Numbered from the stretch's first letter, positions 32,650 to 44,404 are shown. The stretch: DNA of 64,000 bases from Cyanobacteriota bacterium (GCA_046052125.1 JBJOMY010000007.1:11114-75113); one strand, 5' to 3'. The notes: a model not told the origin generated them from the letters alone. A program made the numbers and translations.

Positions 32650-34281
32650 GTGCACCTGGATGTCGCCACGTTCCTGGCCACCACCGCAGGCCAGGGCAGC
32701 AGCACTGCCTTTCCGTGGCTGAGCGCCTCGATCCTGTTCCCGATCGGCGCCGCGCTCTGCATTCCGTTTGTGCCCGATGAGGGTGATGGCAAGAAGGTGC
32801 GCTGGTTCGCCCTTGGCATCGCCCTGATCACCTTCCTGCTCACGGTGGGGGCCTACCTCACGGGCTACGACCCCAGCAACCCGGATCTGCAGCTGGTGGA
32901 GAAGGTGAGCTGGCTCCCGGATCTGGGGCTGGCCTGGTCGGTAGGGGCCGACGGTATCTCGATGCCACTGATCCTGCTCACCAGCTTCATCACCGCCCTG
33001 GCCGTGCTCGCCGCCTGGCCGGTGAGCTTCAAGCCAAAGCTGTTCTATTTCCTGTTGCTGGCGATGGACGGCGGCCAGATCGCCGTATTCGCCGTCCAGG
33101 ACATGCTCCTGTTCTTCCTGGCCTGGGAGCTGGAACTCCTCCCGGTCTATCTGCTGCTGGCCATCTGGGGCGGCAAAAAACGCCAGTACGCCGCCACCAA
33201 ATTCATCCTCTACACGGCCGGCAGCTCGCTGTTCATCCTGCTGGCGGGCCTGGCCATGGCCTTCTATGGCGGCCACATCAGCTTCGACTACAGCGAGCTG
33301 ATGGCCAAGGGCTTCCCGGTGAAGTTCCAGTTGCTGGCTTACGCGGGGCTGTTGATCGCCTTTGGGGTGAAGTTGCCGATCGTGCCGCTGCACACCTGGC
33401 TACCGGACGCCCACGGCGAAGCCACCGCTCCGGTGCACATGCTGCTGGCGGGCATCCTGCTGAAGATGGGCGGCTACGCCCTGCTGCGCTTCAACTGCCA
33501 GATCCTTCCCGATGCCCATGCGGTGTTTGCGCCGCTCTTGGTGGTGCTGGGGGTGGTGAACATCATTTACGCCGCGCTCACCTCCTTTGCGCAGCGCAAC
33601 CTCAAACGCAAGATCGCCTACAGCTCGATCAGCCACATGGGCTTCGTGTTGATCGGCATCGGCAGCTTCAGCGCCCTGGGCTCCAGTGGCGCCATGCTCC
33701 AGATGATCAGCCACGGCCTGATCGGCGCTTCGCTGTTCTTCCTGGTGGGGGCCACCTACGACCGCACCCACACCCTCCAGCTCGATGAGATGGGGGGCGT
33801 GGGCCAGAAGATGCGCAAGATGTTTGCCCTCTGGACGGTCTGCTCGCTTGCCTCACTCGCCCTGCCGGGGATGAGTGGTTTTGTGAGTGAGCTGATGGTG
33901 TTTGTGGGCTTCGCCACCGATGACGCCTACACCCTGCCGTTCCGGGTGGCCGTGGATGGCTTGGCGGCAATTGGCGTGATCCTCACGCCGATCTACCTGC
34001 TCTCGATGCTGCGGGAGATCTTCTACGGCCAGGAAAAAGCGGAGCTCGTGGGGCACACCAACCTGGTGGATGCCGAGCCGCGCGAGATCTACATCATTGG
34101 CTGCCTGCTGGTGCCGATCATCGGCATCGGCCTCTACCCCCGCCTGATGACCGACAGCTACAAGGCCTCGATGGAGGTGCTGGTGGCACGCGATGAAAGC
34201 GCCATGAAAGCGATGAACGCTCCGGCGGGGGCGGGCCTGATTCGCCAGGCTCCCTTGAGAGCGCCGGCTCTGGCTGGGTAA
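32650..34281 (+). CDS. ndhD1: NDH-1 subunit D1 (subunit 4)
   Basis: [49 protein letters not shown]. Confidence 0.93.
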   Translation: MHLDVATFLATTAGQGSSTAFPWLSASILFPIGAALCIPFVPDEGDGKKVRWFALGIALITFLLTVGAYLTGYDPSNPDLQLVEKVSWLPDLGLAWSVGADGISMPLILLTSFITALAVLAAWPVSFKPKLFYFLLLAMDGGQIAVFAVQDMLLFFLAWELELLPVYLLLAIWGGKKRQYAATKFILYTAGSSLFILLAGLAMAFYGGHISFDYSELMAKGFPVKFQLLAYAGLLIAFGVKLPIVPLHTWLPDAHGEATAPVHMLLAGILLKMGGYALLRFNCQILPDAHAVFAPLLVVLGVVNIIYAALTSFAQRNLKRKIAYSSISHMGFVLIGIGSFSALGSSGAMLQMISHGLIGASLFFLVGATYDRTHTLQLDEMGGVGQKMRKMFALWTVCSLASLALPGMSGFVSELMVFVGFATDDAYTLPFRVAVDGLAAIGVILTPIYLLSMLREIFYGQEKAELVGHTNLVDAEPREIYIIGCLLVPIIGIGLYPRLMTDSYKASMEVLVARDESAMKAMNAPAGAGLIRQAPLRAPALAG

Positions 34282-34368
34282 CAAAGCTTTCAGGCTCTCG
34301 CCCCAGCGTTGAACATCGCCGATCGAGCTTCGTAATCTCGGGCTCCAGGATTCCGCACCAACCGATCG

Positions 34369-34728
34369 ATGAAGCAGCTGAACTTCCTGCTGATCTTCAG
34401 CTTCGGCCTCGCCATGGTGATGTTCACGCTGGAGAACACCGCCGCCACCACGGTTCAGTTCCTGCCCGGGCTGAGTGCCACCCTGCCGCTTGCAGCCCTA
34501 CTGCTGCTCGTGGGTGGCATCGGCGCGACCGCCGCCTGGGTGTTTGCCGTGTGGACCGGTGTGGTGAAGCGGGTGGAAAGCCAAGTGGATCCCGGTGAGA
34601 TGGAAGCGCAGCAGGTGCGCATCCGCGAGCTTGAACAAGACGTGCAGCGCTACCGAGCCACCGTGGATGCTCAGCTGGGGCTATTGCCGGCAGCCGGAGA
34701 GAGTTCAGCCCAGAGCGAAGCCGCCTGA
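34369..34728 (+). CDS. LapA/DUF1049-domain membrane protein
   Basis: Two TM helices around LENT...VQF, followed by a coiled coil. Confidence 0.75.
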   Translation: MKQLNFLLIFSFGLAMVMFTLENTAATTVQFLPGLSATLPLAALLLLVGGIGATAAWVFAVWTGVVKRVESQVDPGEMEAQQVRIRELEQDVQRYRATVDAQLGLLPAAGESSAQSEAA

Positions 34729-34793
34729 AATCCAGCTCTGGCCTGGCTTTTCAGGCTCATAGCCGATAAGGTCGGACGAGTTCAGGCGGATCC

Positions 34794-35675
34794 GTGGCCA
34801 CAGATGGCGCCAGGCTGGCCATCCGCCTGTTGCAGGACGCCGCGGAACGAGGCGAACTGGACCCCTGGGATGTGGACGTGATCGCCGTTGTGGACGGCTT
34901 TCTCGACCAATTGCGCCAACGGATTGAAGTGCCCAGGCTCGTAGCCGCCATGGGCCGGGGCGGCAGCTACGAACAAGACCTCGCCGAAACCAGCGAGGCC
35001 TTCCTGGCCGCTTCGATGCTGGTGAGCCTGAAGGCGGAGGTGCTGGAGGCACAAACCTTCCCGCCGGAGCCCCTCGCCGAGGACGACTTCAGCTTCGACT
35101 TCGATGCCGAAGGGCAGGGCTGGCTGCTCAGCCCCGGCGTGGAACTGCCCAGGCGCCCGGAGCGGCATCTGCTGCGGCGGCCTGTGGCGCCGCCGCCCCT
35201 GCAACGCCCGGTGACCCTGGGGGAACTGATCCGCCAGCTGGAGGACATCGCCGAGCGCCTTGAGCAGGACGAGGTGCAGCGCAGCAAGCGCCAACGCAGC
35301 AAGCGCTACAGCGATCGGGCGGTGATCGAGCAGGTGGCAGCCCTGGCCCACCGCGAGAAGCTGCCGGAAACCACCGCCGCCCTCAGTCAGTTCCTGCTGC
35401 AGTGGCCCCAATCTCTGGAGTGGACCTGCTTCGAAGGCCTCGTGCAGGAGTGGCGGGCCGTTGCCCCGGCCGATCTGGATAGCGATCGGGTGGGGGTGTT
35501 CTGGGCTCTGTTGTTTCTCTGCTCCCAGGGAAAGGTGGAGCTGGAGCAGCAGGGGGGATTGTTTGGGCCGTTGCAGCTCAAGCGGCTGCTCGATGAGCGT
35601 GAGAGCGTGCAGTTGCCCCTGCCTGCAGAACTGGGGTCAGCTCGGGGGCCGGCTCGAGAGCCGCTTGCGGCCTAG
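34794..35675 (+). CDS. scpA: Segregation and condensation protein A
   Basis: GELDPWDVDVIAVVD, AASMLVSLKAE, VTLGELI, FWALLFL. Confidence 0.88.
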   Translation: MATDGARLAIRLLQDAAERGELDPWDVDVIAVVDGFLDQLRQRIEVPRLVAAMGRGGSYEQDLAETSEAFLAASMLVSLKAEVLEAQTFPPEPLAEDDFSFDFDAEGQGWLLSPGVELPRRPERHLLRRPVAPPPLQRPVTLGELIRQLEDIAERLEQDEVQRSKRQRSKRYSDRAVIEQVAALAHREKLPETTAALSQFLLQWPQSLEWTCFEGLVQEWRAVAPADLDSDRVGVFWALLFLCSQGKVELEQQGGLFGPLQLKRLLDERESVQLPLPAELGSARGPAREPLAA

Positions 35676-35721
35676 TCGTGGTGCGTAAGGTGGCTGGACT
35701 CACCGAAAGCAGACAGCGCCG

Positions 35722-36903
35722 ATGAAGGCGATGATCCTGGCGGCCGGTAAGGGGACCCGGGTGCGACCGATCACCCACATCGTCCCCAAACCGATGATTC
35801 CCATCCTTCAGAAACCCGTGATGGAGTTTCTGCTGGAGCTGCTGCGGGAACACGGCTTCACCGAAATCATGGTGAATGTCTCCCACTTGGCTGAGGAGAT
35901 TGAGAACTACTTTCGCGATGGCCAGCGCTTCGGCGTGGAAATCGCTTACAGCTTTGAAGGCCGCATCGAAGACGGCCAGCTGATCGGTGATGCCCTCGGA
36001 TCCGCCGGCGGACTGAAGAAGATCCAAACCTTCCAGCGCTTCTTCGACGACACCTTCGTGGTGCTCTGCGGCGATGCCCTGATCGATCTCGATCTGAGCG
36101 AAGCGGTGCGGCGCCACAAGGCCAAAGGGGCCATGGCCAGCCTGATCACCAAGCGCGTGCCGCGCGATCAGGTGAGCAGCTATGGCGTGGTGGTGACCGA
36201 TGCCGACGGCCGGGTGCGCTCCTTCCAGGAGAAGCCGGCGGTGGATGAAGCCGCTAGCGACATGATCAACACCGGCATCTACATCTTCGAGCCCGAGGTG
36301 CTCGATTATGTGCCGGAGGGCGTGCCCTTCGACATCGGTTCGGATCTGTTTCCGCGCCTGGTGGCCGACGATGCCGCCTTCTACGCCCTGCCGATGGAAT
36401 TCGAATGGGTGGATATCGGCAAAGTGCCCGATTACTGGCAGGCGATCCGCAGCGTGCTGCAGGGCCAGGTGCGGCAGGTGCAGATCCCCGGCAAGGAGGT
36501 GCGCCCGGGCATCTACGCCGGCCTCAATGTGGCCGCTAACTGGGACAAGATCAATGTGCAGGGCCCCATCTACGTGGGCGGCATGAGCCGCATCGAAGAC
36601 GGCGCCACGATCATTGGCCCGGCAATGATTGGCCCCAGCTGCCACATCTGCGAGGGCGCCACGATCGATAACTCGATCATCTTCGATTACTCCAGGATTG
36701 GCCCAGGCGTGCGGCTGGTGGAGAAGCTGGTGTTCGGCCGCTACTGCGTGGACCGCAATGGTGACCACTTCGACCTGCAGGAAGCAGCGCTCGACTGGCT
36801 GATCACCGATGTGCGCCGCCAGGATCACGTGAGCCCCTCACCGCAGCAGAAAGCCATGGCCGAACTACTCGGCACCGATCTGGCGATCAGCAACGCGAGC
36901 TGA
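35722..36903 (+). CDS. cugP: Cyanobacterial NDP-sugar pyrophosphorylase (CugP-type UDP-glucose pyrophosphorylase)
   Basis: MKAMILAAGKGTRVRPIT...PKPMIPILQKPVMEF; C-terminal left-handed beta-helix. Confidence 0.8.
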   Translation: MKAMILAAGKGTRVRPITHIVPKPMIPILQKPVMEFLLELLREHGFTEIMVNVSHLAEEIENYFRDGQRFGVEIAYSFEGRIEDGQLIGDALGSAGGLKKIQTFQRFFDDTFVVLCGDALIDLDLSEAVRRHKAKGAMASLITKRVPRDQVSSYGVVVTDADGRVRSFQEKPAVDEAASDMINTGIYIFEPEVLDYVPEGVPFDIGSDLFPRLVADDAAFYALPMEFEWVDIGKVPDYWQAIRSVLQGQVRQVQIPGKEVRPGIYAGLNVAANWDKINVQGPIYVGGMSRIEDGATIIGPAMIGPSCHICEGATIDNSIIFDYSRIGPGVRLVEKLVFGRYCVDRNGDHFDLQEAALDWLITDVRRQDHVSPSPQQKAMAELLGTDLAISNAS

Positions 36904-37807
36904 TTCCAGCGCGCTCCAGGATCAGGGGAATGCGTTCCTCGGCTTTCACCGCCATCAGGTGCACGCCCTGGGCAATGCCCGCGTAAGCAGCCACCTGCTC
37001 AGCGGCGATGCTGATGCCCTCATCGGCGGGATTGGCAGCCGCCGCCAGCCTGTCGACGATCGTTTGTGGGATGTTCGCGCCTGGCACCACGCGGTTGATG
37101 AAGGCGGCATTTTTGGCCGACTTGAGCAGAAACACCCCGGCCAGCACCGGCAGGCCCAAAGGGCCGGTGATCTCACCCACAAAGCGCCGCAGGCACTCGC
37201 TGTCCATCACCATCTGGGTTTGAAGGAAGCGTGCGCCGGCTTGATGCTTGCGGGCGATCCGGCTCTTGAGGCCACTCCAGCTGGGGCTCTGGGGATCGGC
37301 GGCGGCACCGGGGAACAGAGCCGTCGGCCCATCGGGCAAGGCACCCTGCACAGGATCCACGCCCTGATTGAACGCCTGCAGCTGCTGCAACAGCCGCACG
37401 GATTCGAGCTCATTCACCGGCCGGGCCCCAGGCTGATCACCCGCCCGCACCGGATCACCAGTGAGGCAAAGCACGTTGCGGATTCCAAGGGCATGGGCGC
37501 CAAGCAGATCGGCTTGCAGGCCAATGCGATTGCGATCGCGGCAGGCCAGCTGCCACACAGGCTCAATCCCCTCATCGAGCAACAGACGGCAGACCGCCAG
37601 GCTGCTCATCCGCATCACGGCACGGCTGCCATCGGTGACATTCACCGCATGCACCAGGCCTTTGAGGGCGCGGGCGTGGGAGAGGGTGCCGCTGGCATCC
37701 CCTCCCCGTGGCGGCATCACCTCGGCTGTGATGGCAAGCGAGCCCACCTCCAGTGCCTGCTGCAGCCCCAAAACGCCTTGGTTCAGATGCTGGCCATCAT
37801 CGGCCAC
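36887..37807 (-). CDS. metF: Methylenetetrahydrofolate reductase (start uncertain)
   Basis: AVNVTDGSRA, QLACRDRNRIGLQ, LTGDP, FLQTQ. Confidence 0.9.
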   Translation of the reverse strand: MADDGQHLNQGVLGLQQALEVGSLAITAEVMPPRGGDASGTLSHARALKGLVHAVNVTDGSRAVMRMSSLAVCRLLLDEGIEPVWQLACRDRNRIGLQADLLGAHALGIRNVLCLTGDPVRAGDQPGARPVNELESVRLLQQLQAFNQGVDPVQGALPDGPTALFPGAAADPQSPSWSGLKSRIARKHQAGARFLQTQMVMDSECLRRFVGEITGPLGLPVLAGVFLLKSAKNAAFINRVVPGANIPQTIVDRLAAAANPADEGISIAAEQVAAYAGIAQGVHLMAVKAEERIPLILERAGISSRC

Positions 37808-37864
37808 AGCCCTGTCCGCACAGCGCCACTCTCCCTAGAGTGAGGCCTCGGCCGGCGGGCGTGG

Positions 37865-38107
37865 ATGGATCTCTCGGAGCGCGAACTGGAGATCATCGAT
37901 CTGGTGGCTCAGGGGCTCACCAACCAGGAAATCGGCGAGCGGCTGATGATCAGCAAGCGCACGGTGGATAACCACGTGAGCAATGTGTTCACCAAAACGG
38001 GCGCCAAAAACCGGGTGGCCCTGCTGAACTGGGCCATGGATCACGGCAAGATCTGCCGGGACGGCTTCAACTGCTGCAACCTGCCTCAGGAGGGCGGGGC
38101 CGGCTGA
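37865..38107 (+). CDS. pedR: Small LuxR-type regulator, PedR-like
   Basis: LSERELEIIDLVAQGLTNQEI...KICRDGFNCC. Confidence 0.75.
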   Translation: MDLSERELEIIDLVAQGLTNQEIGERLMISKRTVDNHVSNVFTKTGAKNRVALLNWAMDHGKICRDGFNCCNLPQEGGAG

Positions 38108-38277
38108 GCGCCAGAACGCTGCGTGATTTGCTCCCGCGCCAGGCTCGGCTCATGCACCAGGGGCTCCAGGCTGAAGCTGCCCTCCGCCAGAGCAAAGAGC
38201 TCGGCATAGGCCAGGCAGTCGGCCAGGTCGCGGCCGCTGAAACGCAACAACCCTTGCTGGTCGTAGAGCCCCAGCAC
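38086..38277 (-). CDS. Small hypothetical protein
   Basis: 63-aa ORF LGLYDQQGLLRFSGRDLADCLAYAELF fills the gap between genes; start uncertain. Confidence 0.55.
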   Translation of the reverse strand: MLGLYDQQGLLRFSGRDLADCLAYAELFALAEGSFSLEPLVHEPSLAREQITQRSGAQPAPPS

Positions 38278-38305
38278 CAGCCGCCCTCAAATCCTTAAAA
38301 GAATC

Positions 38306-38824
38306 CTAAGCCTGTGGAACGCTGAGCTTTGCCAGCCAGGGCGCCTGCTCGGCCATTGACCAGTGCTGAAACGGGTGCTGGGCAAGCGCTGCATTGCTGA
38401 ACACACCCAGGCCCGTGATCTCACAGCCACACCATGGCGGGATGGCCACCGCCGCCTGCTCATGCTCCAGCTCCACTTCAGCGATCACCAGCGGTGCGTT
38501 CTCCGCTTCAAACACATCGAGAACCCACTCACCGCCAGGAAGATCCAGCCCAAAGCGAGCCTTGATCAGCCTGGCTTCGCTGCGCTCGAGTAGGGCCTCA
38601 GCATCGAGGGGTGGGATCGCGTATTCGAACTCATGGCGGGCAATGCCGGCCGCGGGATATTTGAGCGTGATCCAGGCAGAACCGGCGCCATCGCTGCGTA
38701 CCCTCAGGGTGAGACCGTCCGCCGAGCCAGCCAGATAGCCCTGCTGCAGGCTTCGGCTCCAGGACACGTGCGGCCTCCAGCCATCGCCAGCCACGAGAAA
38801 ACGCCGCTCGATCTCCAGGGCCAT
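38306..38824 (-). CDS. CYTH-domain protein
   Basis: MALEIERRFLV, QGYL, RHEFEY, IAEVEL. Confidence 0.9.
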   Translation of the reverse strand: MALEIERRFLVAGDGWRPHVSWSRSLQQGYLAGSADGLTLRVRSDGAGSAWITLKYPAAGIARHEFEYAIPPLDAEALLERSEARLIKARFGLDLPGGEWVLDVFEAENAPLVIAEVELEHEQAAVAIPPWCGCEITGLGVFSNAALAQHPFQHWSMAEQAPWLAKLSVPQA

Positions 38825-38854
38825 GGAATCCTTCGCGAATGAGAGGGGTAAGGC

Positions 38855-39766
38855 TCAGTTGGGGGAGGGTTCTGCAGCCGTGAGGCTGCCGGCCCAGTGC
38901 AGTTTGCGACTGAGGGTGCGGTAGTACGAGGGGTTTTGCTCGAGCAGCACCATCAGGGCGTGGTGCGGCGAGCGGCGCACATCGCAGCGATCGCCAGGCT
39001 CCAGCACGGTGGCGTGGGCGCCGTCGTTCCAGAGGCGCACCCGCCGGCTCACCTCACCCAGGGGCCACACCGCCAGCTGCGCCCGCGGCGGCACCACAAC
39101 CGGCCGGCTGGAGAGGCTCATCGGGCAGATCGGATTCACCACGATCGCCTCCACCCCCGGGTGCAGGATCGGACCACCGGCCGCCATGGAATACCCCGTG
39201 GAGCCCGTGGCTGTGGAAATGATCAGCCCATCGCCACGGTATTGATCCACCACCTCACCATCGATTTCCAGCTCGAGCACGCAGGTGGGCGACACCTCAT
39301 CGAGGCCAGGCCGGAAATAGAAATCATTGAGGGCCACATACACCGCGTCGCTGCGATCGGTGCTGGCCTCCAGCATCATGCGGCGCTCGAGCGCAAAGCG
39401 ATCGTCGCGTAAGCGCTCCCACAGATCACTCTCGCCATCAGGGCCAGCGCCCTGGCTCAACAGCTTGCGCTCATGGGTGAGAAAGCCAAAGTGCCCGCCC
39501 ACGTTGAAACACAAGATCGGTACCCCAAGAGGCGCCAGATGACGGGCCGCTCCGAGCACGGTGCCATCACCACCCAGCACGACCGCCAGATCCGGCGGAC
39601 CACCTTCGTCGGCCAGTAAACCCGGAAACGGATTGGCCGTGGCGCCACTCATGGCTACGGCCACCTTCACCCCTTGCTCCCGCAAGGTTTCTGCACTGCG
39701 ACGGGCCTGGCGCAAGGCTGCCTGACTGGCAGCCCTGTGAATCAACCAAACAGTCTCAAGGCGCAT
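38855..39766 (-). CDS. nadK: NAD(+) kinase
   Basis: [33 protein letters not shown]. Confidence 0.93.
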   Translation of the reverse strand: MRLETVWLIHRAASQAALRQARRSAETLREQGVKVAVAMSGATANPFPGLLADEGGPPDLAVVLGGDGTVLGAARHLAPLGVPILCFNVGGHFGFLTHERKLLSQGAGPDGESDLWERLRDDRFALERRMMLEASTDRSDAVYVALNDFYFRPGLDEVSPTCVLELEIDGEVVDQYRGDGLIISTATGSTGYSMAAGGPILHPGVEAIVVNPICPMSLSSRPVVVPPRAQLAVWPLGEVSRRVRLWNDGAHATVLEPGDRCDVRRSPHHALMVLLEQNPSYYRTLSRKLHWAGSLTAAEPSPN

Positions 39767-39793
39767 GGCACGCGGGCAGTGCCCCCAGCCTGC

Positions 39794-40123
39794 CTACCAA
39801 CGCAGCAAATTGAAGCGCTCCATGTCGACCGTCTCACGGTTGCGGTAGAGCGAGAGCAGGATCGCCAGACCCACAGCGGCCTCAGCAGCCGCCACGGTGA
39901 TCACAAAGATGGTGAACACCTGGCCGCGGATCAGCTGACCATCGAGGTAGCTGGAGAAGGCCATCAGATTGATGTTCACGGCGTTGAGCATCAATTCAAT
40001 GCTCATCAGCACCCGCACGGCGTTGCGGCTGTTGATCAAACCCCAGACACCTGTGCAGAACAGGATCGCCGCGAGAGCCAGGTAGGCCTGCAGGGGAACA
40101 GTGGTGGGCAGCTCGAGGTTCAT
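39794..40123 (-). CDS. ndhE: NDH-1 subunit E (4L)
   Basis: [31 protein letters not shown]. Confidence 0.96.
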   Translation of the reverse strand: MNLELPTTVPLQAYLALAAILFCTGVWGLINSRNAVRVLMSIELMLNAVNINLMAFSSYLDGQLIRGQVFTIFVITVAAAEAAVGLAILLSLYRNRETVDMERFNLLRW

Positions 40124-40722
40124 CAGTTGGTTTTCTCCAGCAGCAGAGGAGTGCGGGATTTTTCGATCAGGCCCTGATCAGCGGGCTCGCCGGTGGAGAT
40201 GTCGGACGTCATCACATCGCGGCGGGCCAGCACGATCGCACCGATCATGGCCATCAGCAGCAGCACCGAGGCCAGCTCGAACGGCAAGAGGTAATCGCTG
40301 AAGAGGTGCTCACCGATGCGGATCGTGGCTTCCTCACCCACCGGCTCAGGACCGGGGGTGGCCCAAGGGGTGGTGAAGGCGACCCGCAACAGCAGCGTGA
40401 ACAAACCGGCGCAAACCGCACCGGAGAGCAGGCGCCGCAGCCCCAAGCCGGGGATCGCCGAAAGATCTTCCTTCTTGTTCACGAGCATGATCGCGAACAG
40501 GATCAGCACGTTCACCGCGCCCACGTAGACGAGCACCTGAGCCGCGGCCACGAAACTGGCATTGAGCAGCAGGTAGAGACCCGCCACCGACAGGAACACC
40601 CCGCCAAGCAGAAAGGCGGAATACACGATGTTGGGCAGGAGCACCACACCGAGGGCACCGATGGCTACCACAGCCGAAAGCACCGTGAAGCAGATCAGCT
40701 GCGTGGAGGAGGCAATGGTCAT
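40123..40722 (-). CDS. ndhG: NDH-1 subunit G (6)
   Basis: [38 protein letters not shown]. Confidence 0.96.
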   Translation of the reverse strand: MTIASSTQLICFTVLSAVVAIGALGVVLLPNIVYSAFLLGGVFLSVAGLYLLLNASFVAAAQVLVYVGAVNVLILFAIMLVNKKEDLSAIPGLGLRRLLSGAVCAGLFTLLLRVAFTTPWATPGPEPVGEEATIRIGEHLFSDYLLPFELASVLLLMAMIGAIVLARRDVMTSDISTGEPADQGLIEKSRTPLLLEKTN

Positions 40723-41357
40723 CAGGCGTTCTCCTCGCTAGCGGCAGGGGCAGTTTGGCTCTTAGCCGGCTCAGGCTTGGGCAGAGTTTCCAGCACCTGG
40801 GCGGGCAGCTGACCGGCCCGCGGGCGCTTGGGATCCACGCCGTGAGGGTCGAGCTCGCCTTTGGGCAGATAGGCCAGCTCGCGCAGGGGGATCACCGCGG
40901 GATCGCTGGTGACGCTCGTGGGCAGACGTCCGAGGGCGATGTTGTCGTAGTTGAGGCTGTGGCGATCGAAGGCGGCCAGCTCGTACTCCTCAGTCATCGA
41001 GAGGCAGTTGGTGGGGCAGTACTCCACGCAGTTGCCGCAGAAGATGCACACCCCGAAATCGATCGAGTAGTTGCGCAGCTCCTTCTTCTTGGTGGCTTTG
41101 TTCATGACCCAATCCACCACAGGCAGGTTGATCGGGCACACCCGCACACACACCTCGCAGGCGATGCACTTATCGAACTCGTAGTGAATCCGCCCCCTGT
41201 AGCGCTCCGAGGGGATCAGCTTCTCGTAGGGGTACTGAACCGTGATCGGGCGGCGGCGCAGGTGGTCGAAGGTGACCGACAACCCCTGGGTCAGGTAGTT
41301 GGCTGCACCCACGGCATCGCGGGTGTAGTCACCGACTTTTTTGAGGAACCCGAACAT
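40722..41357 (-). CDS. ndhI: NDH-1 subunit I
   Basis: Two CxxCxxCxxxCP ferredoxin motifs. Confidence 0.96.
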   Translation of the reverse strand: MFGFLKKVGDYTRDAVGAANYLTQGLSVTFDHLRRRPITVQYPYEKLIPSERYRGRIHYEFDKCIACEVCVRVCPINLPVVDWVMNKATKKKELRNYSIDFGVCIFCGNCVEYCPTNCLSMTEEYELAAFDRHSLNYDNIALGRLPTSVTSDPAVIPLRELAYLPKGELDPHGVDPKRPRAGQLPAQVLETLPKPEPAKSQTAPAASEENA

Positions 41358-41421
41358 GAACAGGCGAGCAGGGGCGGAGACGCCGGCACCATGATGGCCC
41401 GGCCTGAAGGAAGGCTGGGGA

Positions 41422-42564
41422 TCAGCCGCCGAAGAAGGCGGGGAAGGCGAGCTTGAGGCCGGCCGTCACCAGCAGGTTCACCAGAGCGATCGGCAACAGG
41501 AACTTCCAGCCCAGATCCAGGAGCTGGTCGATGCGCACCCGGGGCACGGTCCAGCGGAGCAGGATCGCGAAGAACACCAGCAGGTAGGCCTTGAGCACGG
41601 TCATCACGATGCCGGTGGTGGCCGTGATCACCTGCACCAGCGGTGCATCGATGGGCTGGCCGGTGAGGTTCACCACCCACTCCACCGGCAGGGGGAAGCC
41701 CCAACCGCCGAGGTAGAGCACCGCCACCAGCAGGGCGGAGAGCACCAGGTTGATGTAGCTGCCCAGATAGAAGAGGGCGAACTTCATGCCGGCGTACTCG
41801 GTCTGGTAGCCGGCCACCAGCTCTTCTTCAGCCTCAGGAAGGTCGAAGGGGAGGCGCTCGCACTCAGCCAGGGCGCAGATCCAGAAGATGGCGAAGCCCA
41901 CAGGCTGGCGCCAGATGTTCCAGCTGAGGATGCCGGCGCCGGTCTGCTGATTAACGATGTCGACAGTGCTGAGCGAGTTGCTCATCATCACGACGGCGAG
42001 CACCGCCAGGGCCAAAGGGATCTCGTAGGAGATCGACTGAGCAGCTGCGCGCAGACCGCCGAGCAAGGAATATTTGTTGTTCGAGGCGTAGCCGGCCATC
42101 AGCAGGCCAATGGGCTGGATGCTGCTGAGGGAGATCCAGAGGAAGATCCCAACACCCACATTGCTGATGAGCAGGTTCTGGCCGAAGGGCACCACGAGCC
42201 AGCTGAGGATCACCGGCACCAGCACGAGCACCGGGCCGAGCGTGAACAGCAGGCCATCGGCGCGGGCCGGGATCACATCCTCCTTAAAGAGGAGCTTCAT
42301 GCCATCAGCCAGGGGCTGAAGGATGCCCAGGGCGCCGGCGTATTCAGGACCGATGCGCTGCTGCACGGCAGCGGAGATCTTGCGCTCCAGCCACACGTTC
42401 ACCAGCACACCCACGACCGCTGCCACCAGCACCAGCAGCATCGGCAGAGGAAGCCAAAGCAGGTGCGCAGCGCCCGGCGAGAGCCCCAGACCCTGCAGGA
42501 GGTCGGTGAAGCTCGCCTCCAGGTCGAGGCCGGCGCTCACGACAGCGGGATTGGCAAACACCAT
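41422..42564 (-). CDS. ndhA: NDH-1 subunit A (1)
   Basis: [39 protein letters not shown]. Confidence 0.96.
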   Translation of the reverse strand: MVFANPAVVSAGLDLEASFTDLLQGLGLSPGAAHLLWLPLPMLLVLVAAVVGVLVNVWLERKISAAVQQRIGPEYAGALGILQPLADGMKLLFKEDVIPARADGLLFTLGPVLVLVPVILSWLVVPFGQNLLISNVGVGIFLWISLSSIQPIGLLMAGYASNNKYSLLGGLRAAAQSISYEIPLALAVLAVVMMSNSLSTVDIVNQQTGAGILSWNIWRQPVGFAIFWICALAECERLPFDLPEAEEELVAGYQTEYAGMKFALFYLGSYINLVLSALLVAVLYLGGWGFPLPVEWVVNLTGQPIDAPLVQVITATTGIVMTVLKAYLLVFFAILLRWTVPRVRIDQLLDLGWKFLLPIALVNLLVTAGLKLAFPAFFGG

Positions 42565-42613
42565 GGGTGGCCTGTGGATGGGGGCAACTTAAGCGGCCGC
42601 AGCCGCACTCGGG

Positions 42614-43801
42614 TCAGCGGGCTTGAAGCGGTGCCCAGGCGCGGGCCTCCGAACCGGTGTAGATCTGCGTGGGGCGGAAGATGCGATTGGCCCCGAGCTG
42701 CTCCTTCCAGTGGGCCAGCCAGCCGGCGGTGCGGGCAATGGCAAAGATCGGAGTGAACAGATCCACCGGGATGCCGAGCTTGCGGTACACAAGCCCGGAA
42801 TAGAAGTCCACGTTGGGGTAGATGCCCTTGGGGCCGAGGCGCACGGCTGCGGCTTCTTCGAGCTTGCGGGCCAGGTCGTAGAGGGGATCGTGGCCGAACT
42901 GATCGAAGAGCTGCTCCGCGAGCTTCTGCAGGATCACAGCGCGCGGATCCTTCACCTTGTATTCGCGGTGGCCGAAGCCCATGATCTTGCGCTTCTCGGC
43001 GATGGCCTGATCGAGCCAGGGCTCCACCTGATCAGCGCTGCCGATGCTGTCGAGCATCTCGAGCACATCCTCATTGGCACCGCCATGCAACGGACCCGCA
43101 AGCGTGCCCACGGCCGAAGCCACCACCGCATAGGGATCGGTGAGGGTGCTGGCGGTGACGCGGGCGCTGAAGGTGCTGGCGTTGAGGCTGTGCTCGGCGT
43201 GCAGGATCAAGCAGGCATCAAAGATGCGGGCCGCCAGGGGATCGGGCTCCCGCTCAGTGAGCATGTAGAGGAAGTTGGCCGCATAGGCCAGATCGTCGCG
43301 GGGCTGAATCGGATCCTGGCCTTTGCGGATCAGCTGAAATGCCGCCACCATCGTGGGGATCTTGGCGATCAGGCGCACCACCGCGGAAACGATGTATTCC
43401 GGGTTATCGAGAGCGCGGCGGGAATAGAAGAGCCCTAGGGAGGCGGCGCTGGCCTGCAGCGCATCCATCGGGTGCCCCTGGGAGGGGAAGCTCTTCATCA
43501 TGTCGCGGATGCGGAAGCTCACCCGCCGGTGCATCTGCACCTCATGCTCAAACTCCTGCAACTGGGCTGCAGTGGGCAGCTCTCCCCAGATCAGGAGATA
43601 AGCGGTTTCCAGGAAGGTGCTGTGTTGCGCCAGCTCCTCAACGCTGTAGCCGCGGTAGGTGAGCAGCCCGCGCTGGCCATCGATATCGCAGACGGCGGAC
43701 TGGGTGGCCGGCACCCCTTCCAAACCAGGCCGATACACCGGGGCCGCCGTTGCCGCGATCGCATCAGCTCCCGCTGCCCTCACCATCGCTGCAACCAGCA
43801 C
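42614..43801 (-). CDS. gltA: Citrate synthase
   Basis: GLEGV, LHAEHSLNAST, GPLHGGANE, MGFGHR, YPNVDFYSG. Confidence 0.96.
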   Translation of the reverse strand: MLVAAMVRAAGADAIAATAAPVYRPGLEGVPATQSAVCDIDGQRGLLTYRGYSVEELAQHSTFLETAYLLIWGELPTAAQLQEFEHEVQMHRRVSFRIRDMMKSFPSQGHPMDALQASAASLGLFYSRRALDNPEYIVSAVVRLIAKIPTMVAAFQLIRKGQDPIQPRDDLAYAANFLYMLTEREPDPLAARIFDACLILHAEHSLNASTFSARVTASTLTDPYAVVASAVGTLAGPLHGGANEDVLEMLDSIGSADQVEPWLDQAIAEKRKIMGFGHREYKVKDPRAVILQKLAEQLFDQFGHDPLYDLARKLEEAAAVRLGPKGIYPNVDFYSGLVYRKLGIPVDLFTPIFAIARTAGWLAHWKEQLGANRIFRPTQIYTGSEARAWAPLQAR

Positions 43802-43846
43802 ATCTGATTGGCAACCTAAGGCCGCTGCTCGCGCGGTTCGGTGCCA

Positions 43847-44404
43847 TCAGCCACCGGATGACTGGCTTTCGCGCCGGCCCAGCAGCACCCGCGGCGGCAG
43901 CAGCAACTCCAGCCGGGCACTACCGAGCAACCCCGCCTGGGGCGGCTTGGACCACTGCAACAGCACCACCCCAGCTTTCTTGAGGTGCAGGGCTTCAGGC
44001 GCCATCGCCATCGGCACACCGATCAACAGGGCCGCGAGGGTGCTGAGGTCTGGTTCGTGGCCCACCAGCGCCAGCCGGCGCCAGGCCGGCCGCGGTGAAA
44101 CCGCCCCGAGCCAGCGCTCCAAAAGAGGCAACGGATCGGCCAGGGGAGCCAGGGCTGCCGCCAACTCGAGCTCCGGGGCCAAACCCGCCTCCACGGCGAG
44201 CTCAGCCGTCTGCCGGGCACGCACCAGGGGGCTGCTCAACACCAGATCGCAGCTGAGCTCCAGATCCACCAGGGCCTGAAGCTGGGCCATGGTGCGCTCC
44301 CGCCCCTCGGGGGTGAGGCTGCGCTGGGCATCTTCCAATCCCTCGGCCCGCTCCTCCGCGATGCCGTGGCGCAGCAGCAGCAATTCCCGCTTGCGAGAGG
44401 CCAT
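43847..44404 (-). CDS. sixA: Phosphohistidine phosphatase SixA
   Basis: LLLLRHGIA, SSPLVRARQTA, LVGHEP. Confidence 0.88.
   Translation of the reverse strand: MASRKRELLLLRHGIAEERAEGLEDAQRSLTPEGRERTMAQLQALVDLELSCDLVLSSPLVRARQTAELAVEAGLAPELELAAALAPLADPLPLLERWLGAVSPRPAWRRLALVGHEPDLSTLAALLIGVPMAMAPEALHLKKAGVVLLQWSKPPQAGLLGSARLELLLPPRVLLGRRESQSSGG

Noticed and set aside
32282-32843. ORFs 32282-32539, 32427-32843 and 32469-32780 across the ndhF1-ndhD1 spacer
   Set aside because: They overlap ndh genes, have Arg/Cys/Pro-rich non-protein-like composition, and their mirrored peptides (RPADTHP on both strands) just reflect the palindrome.
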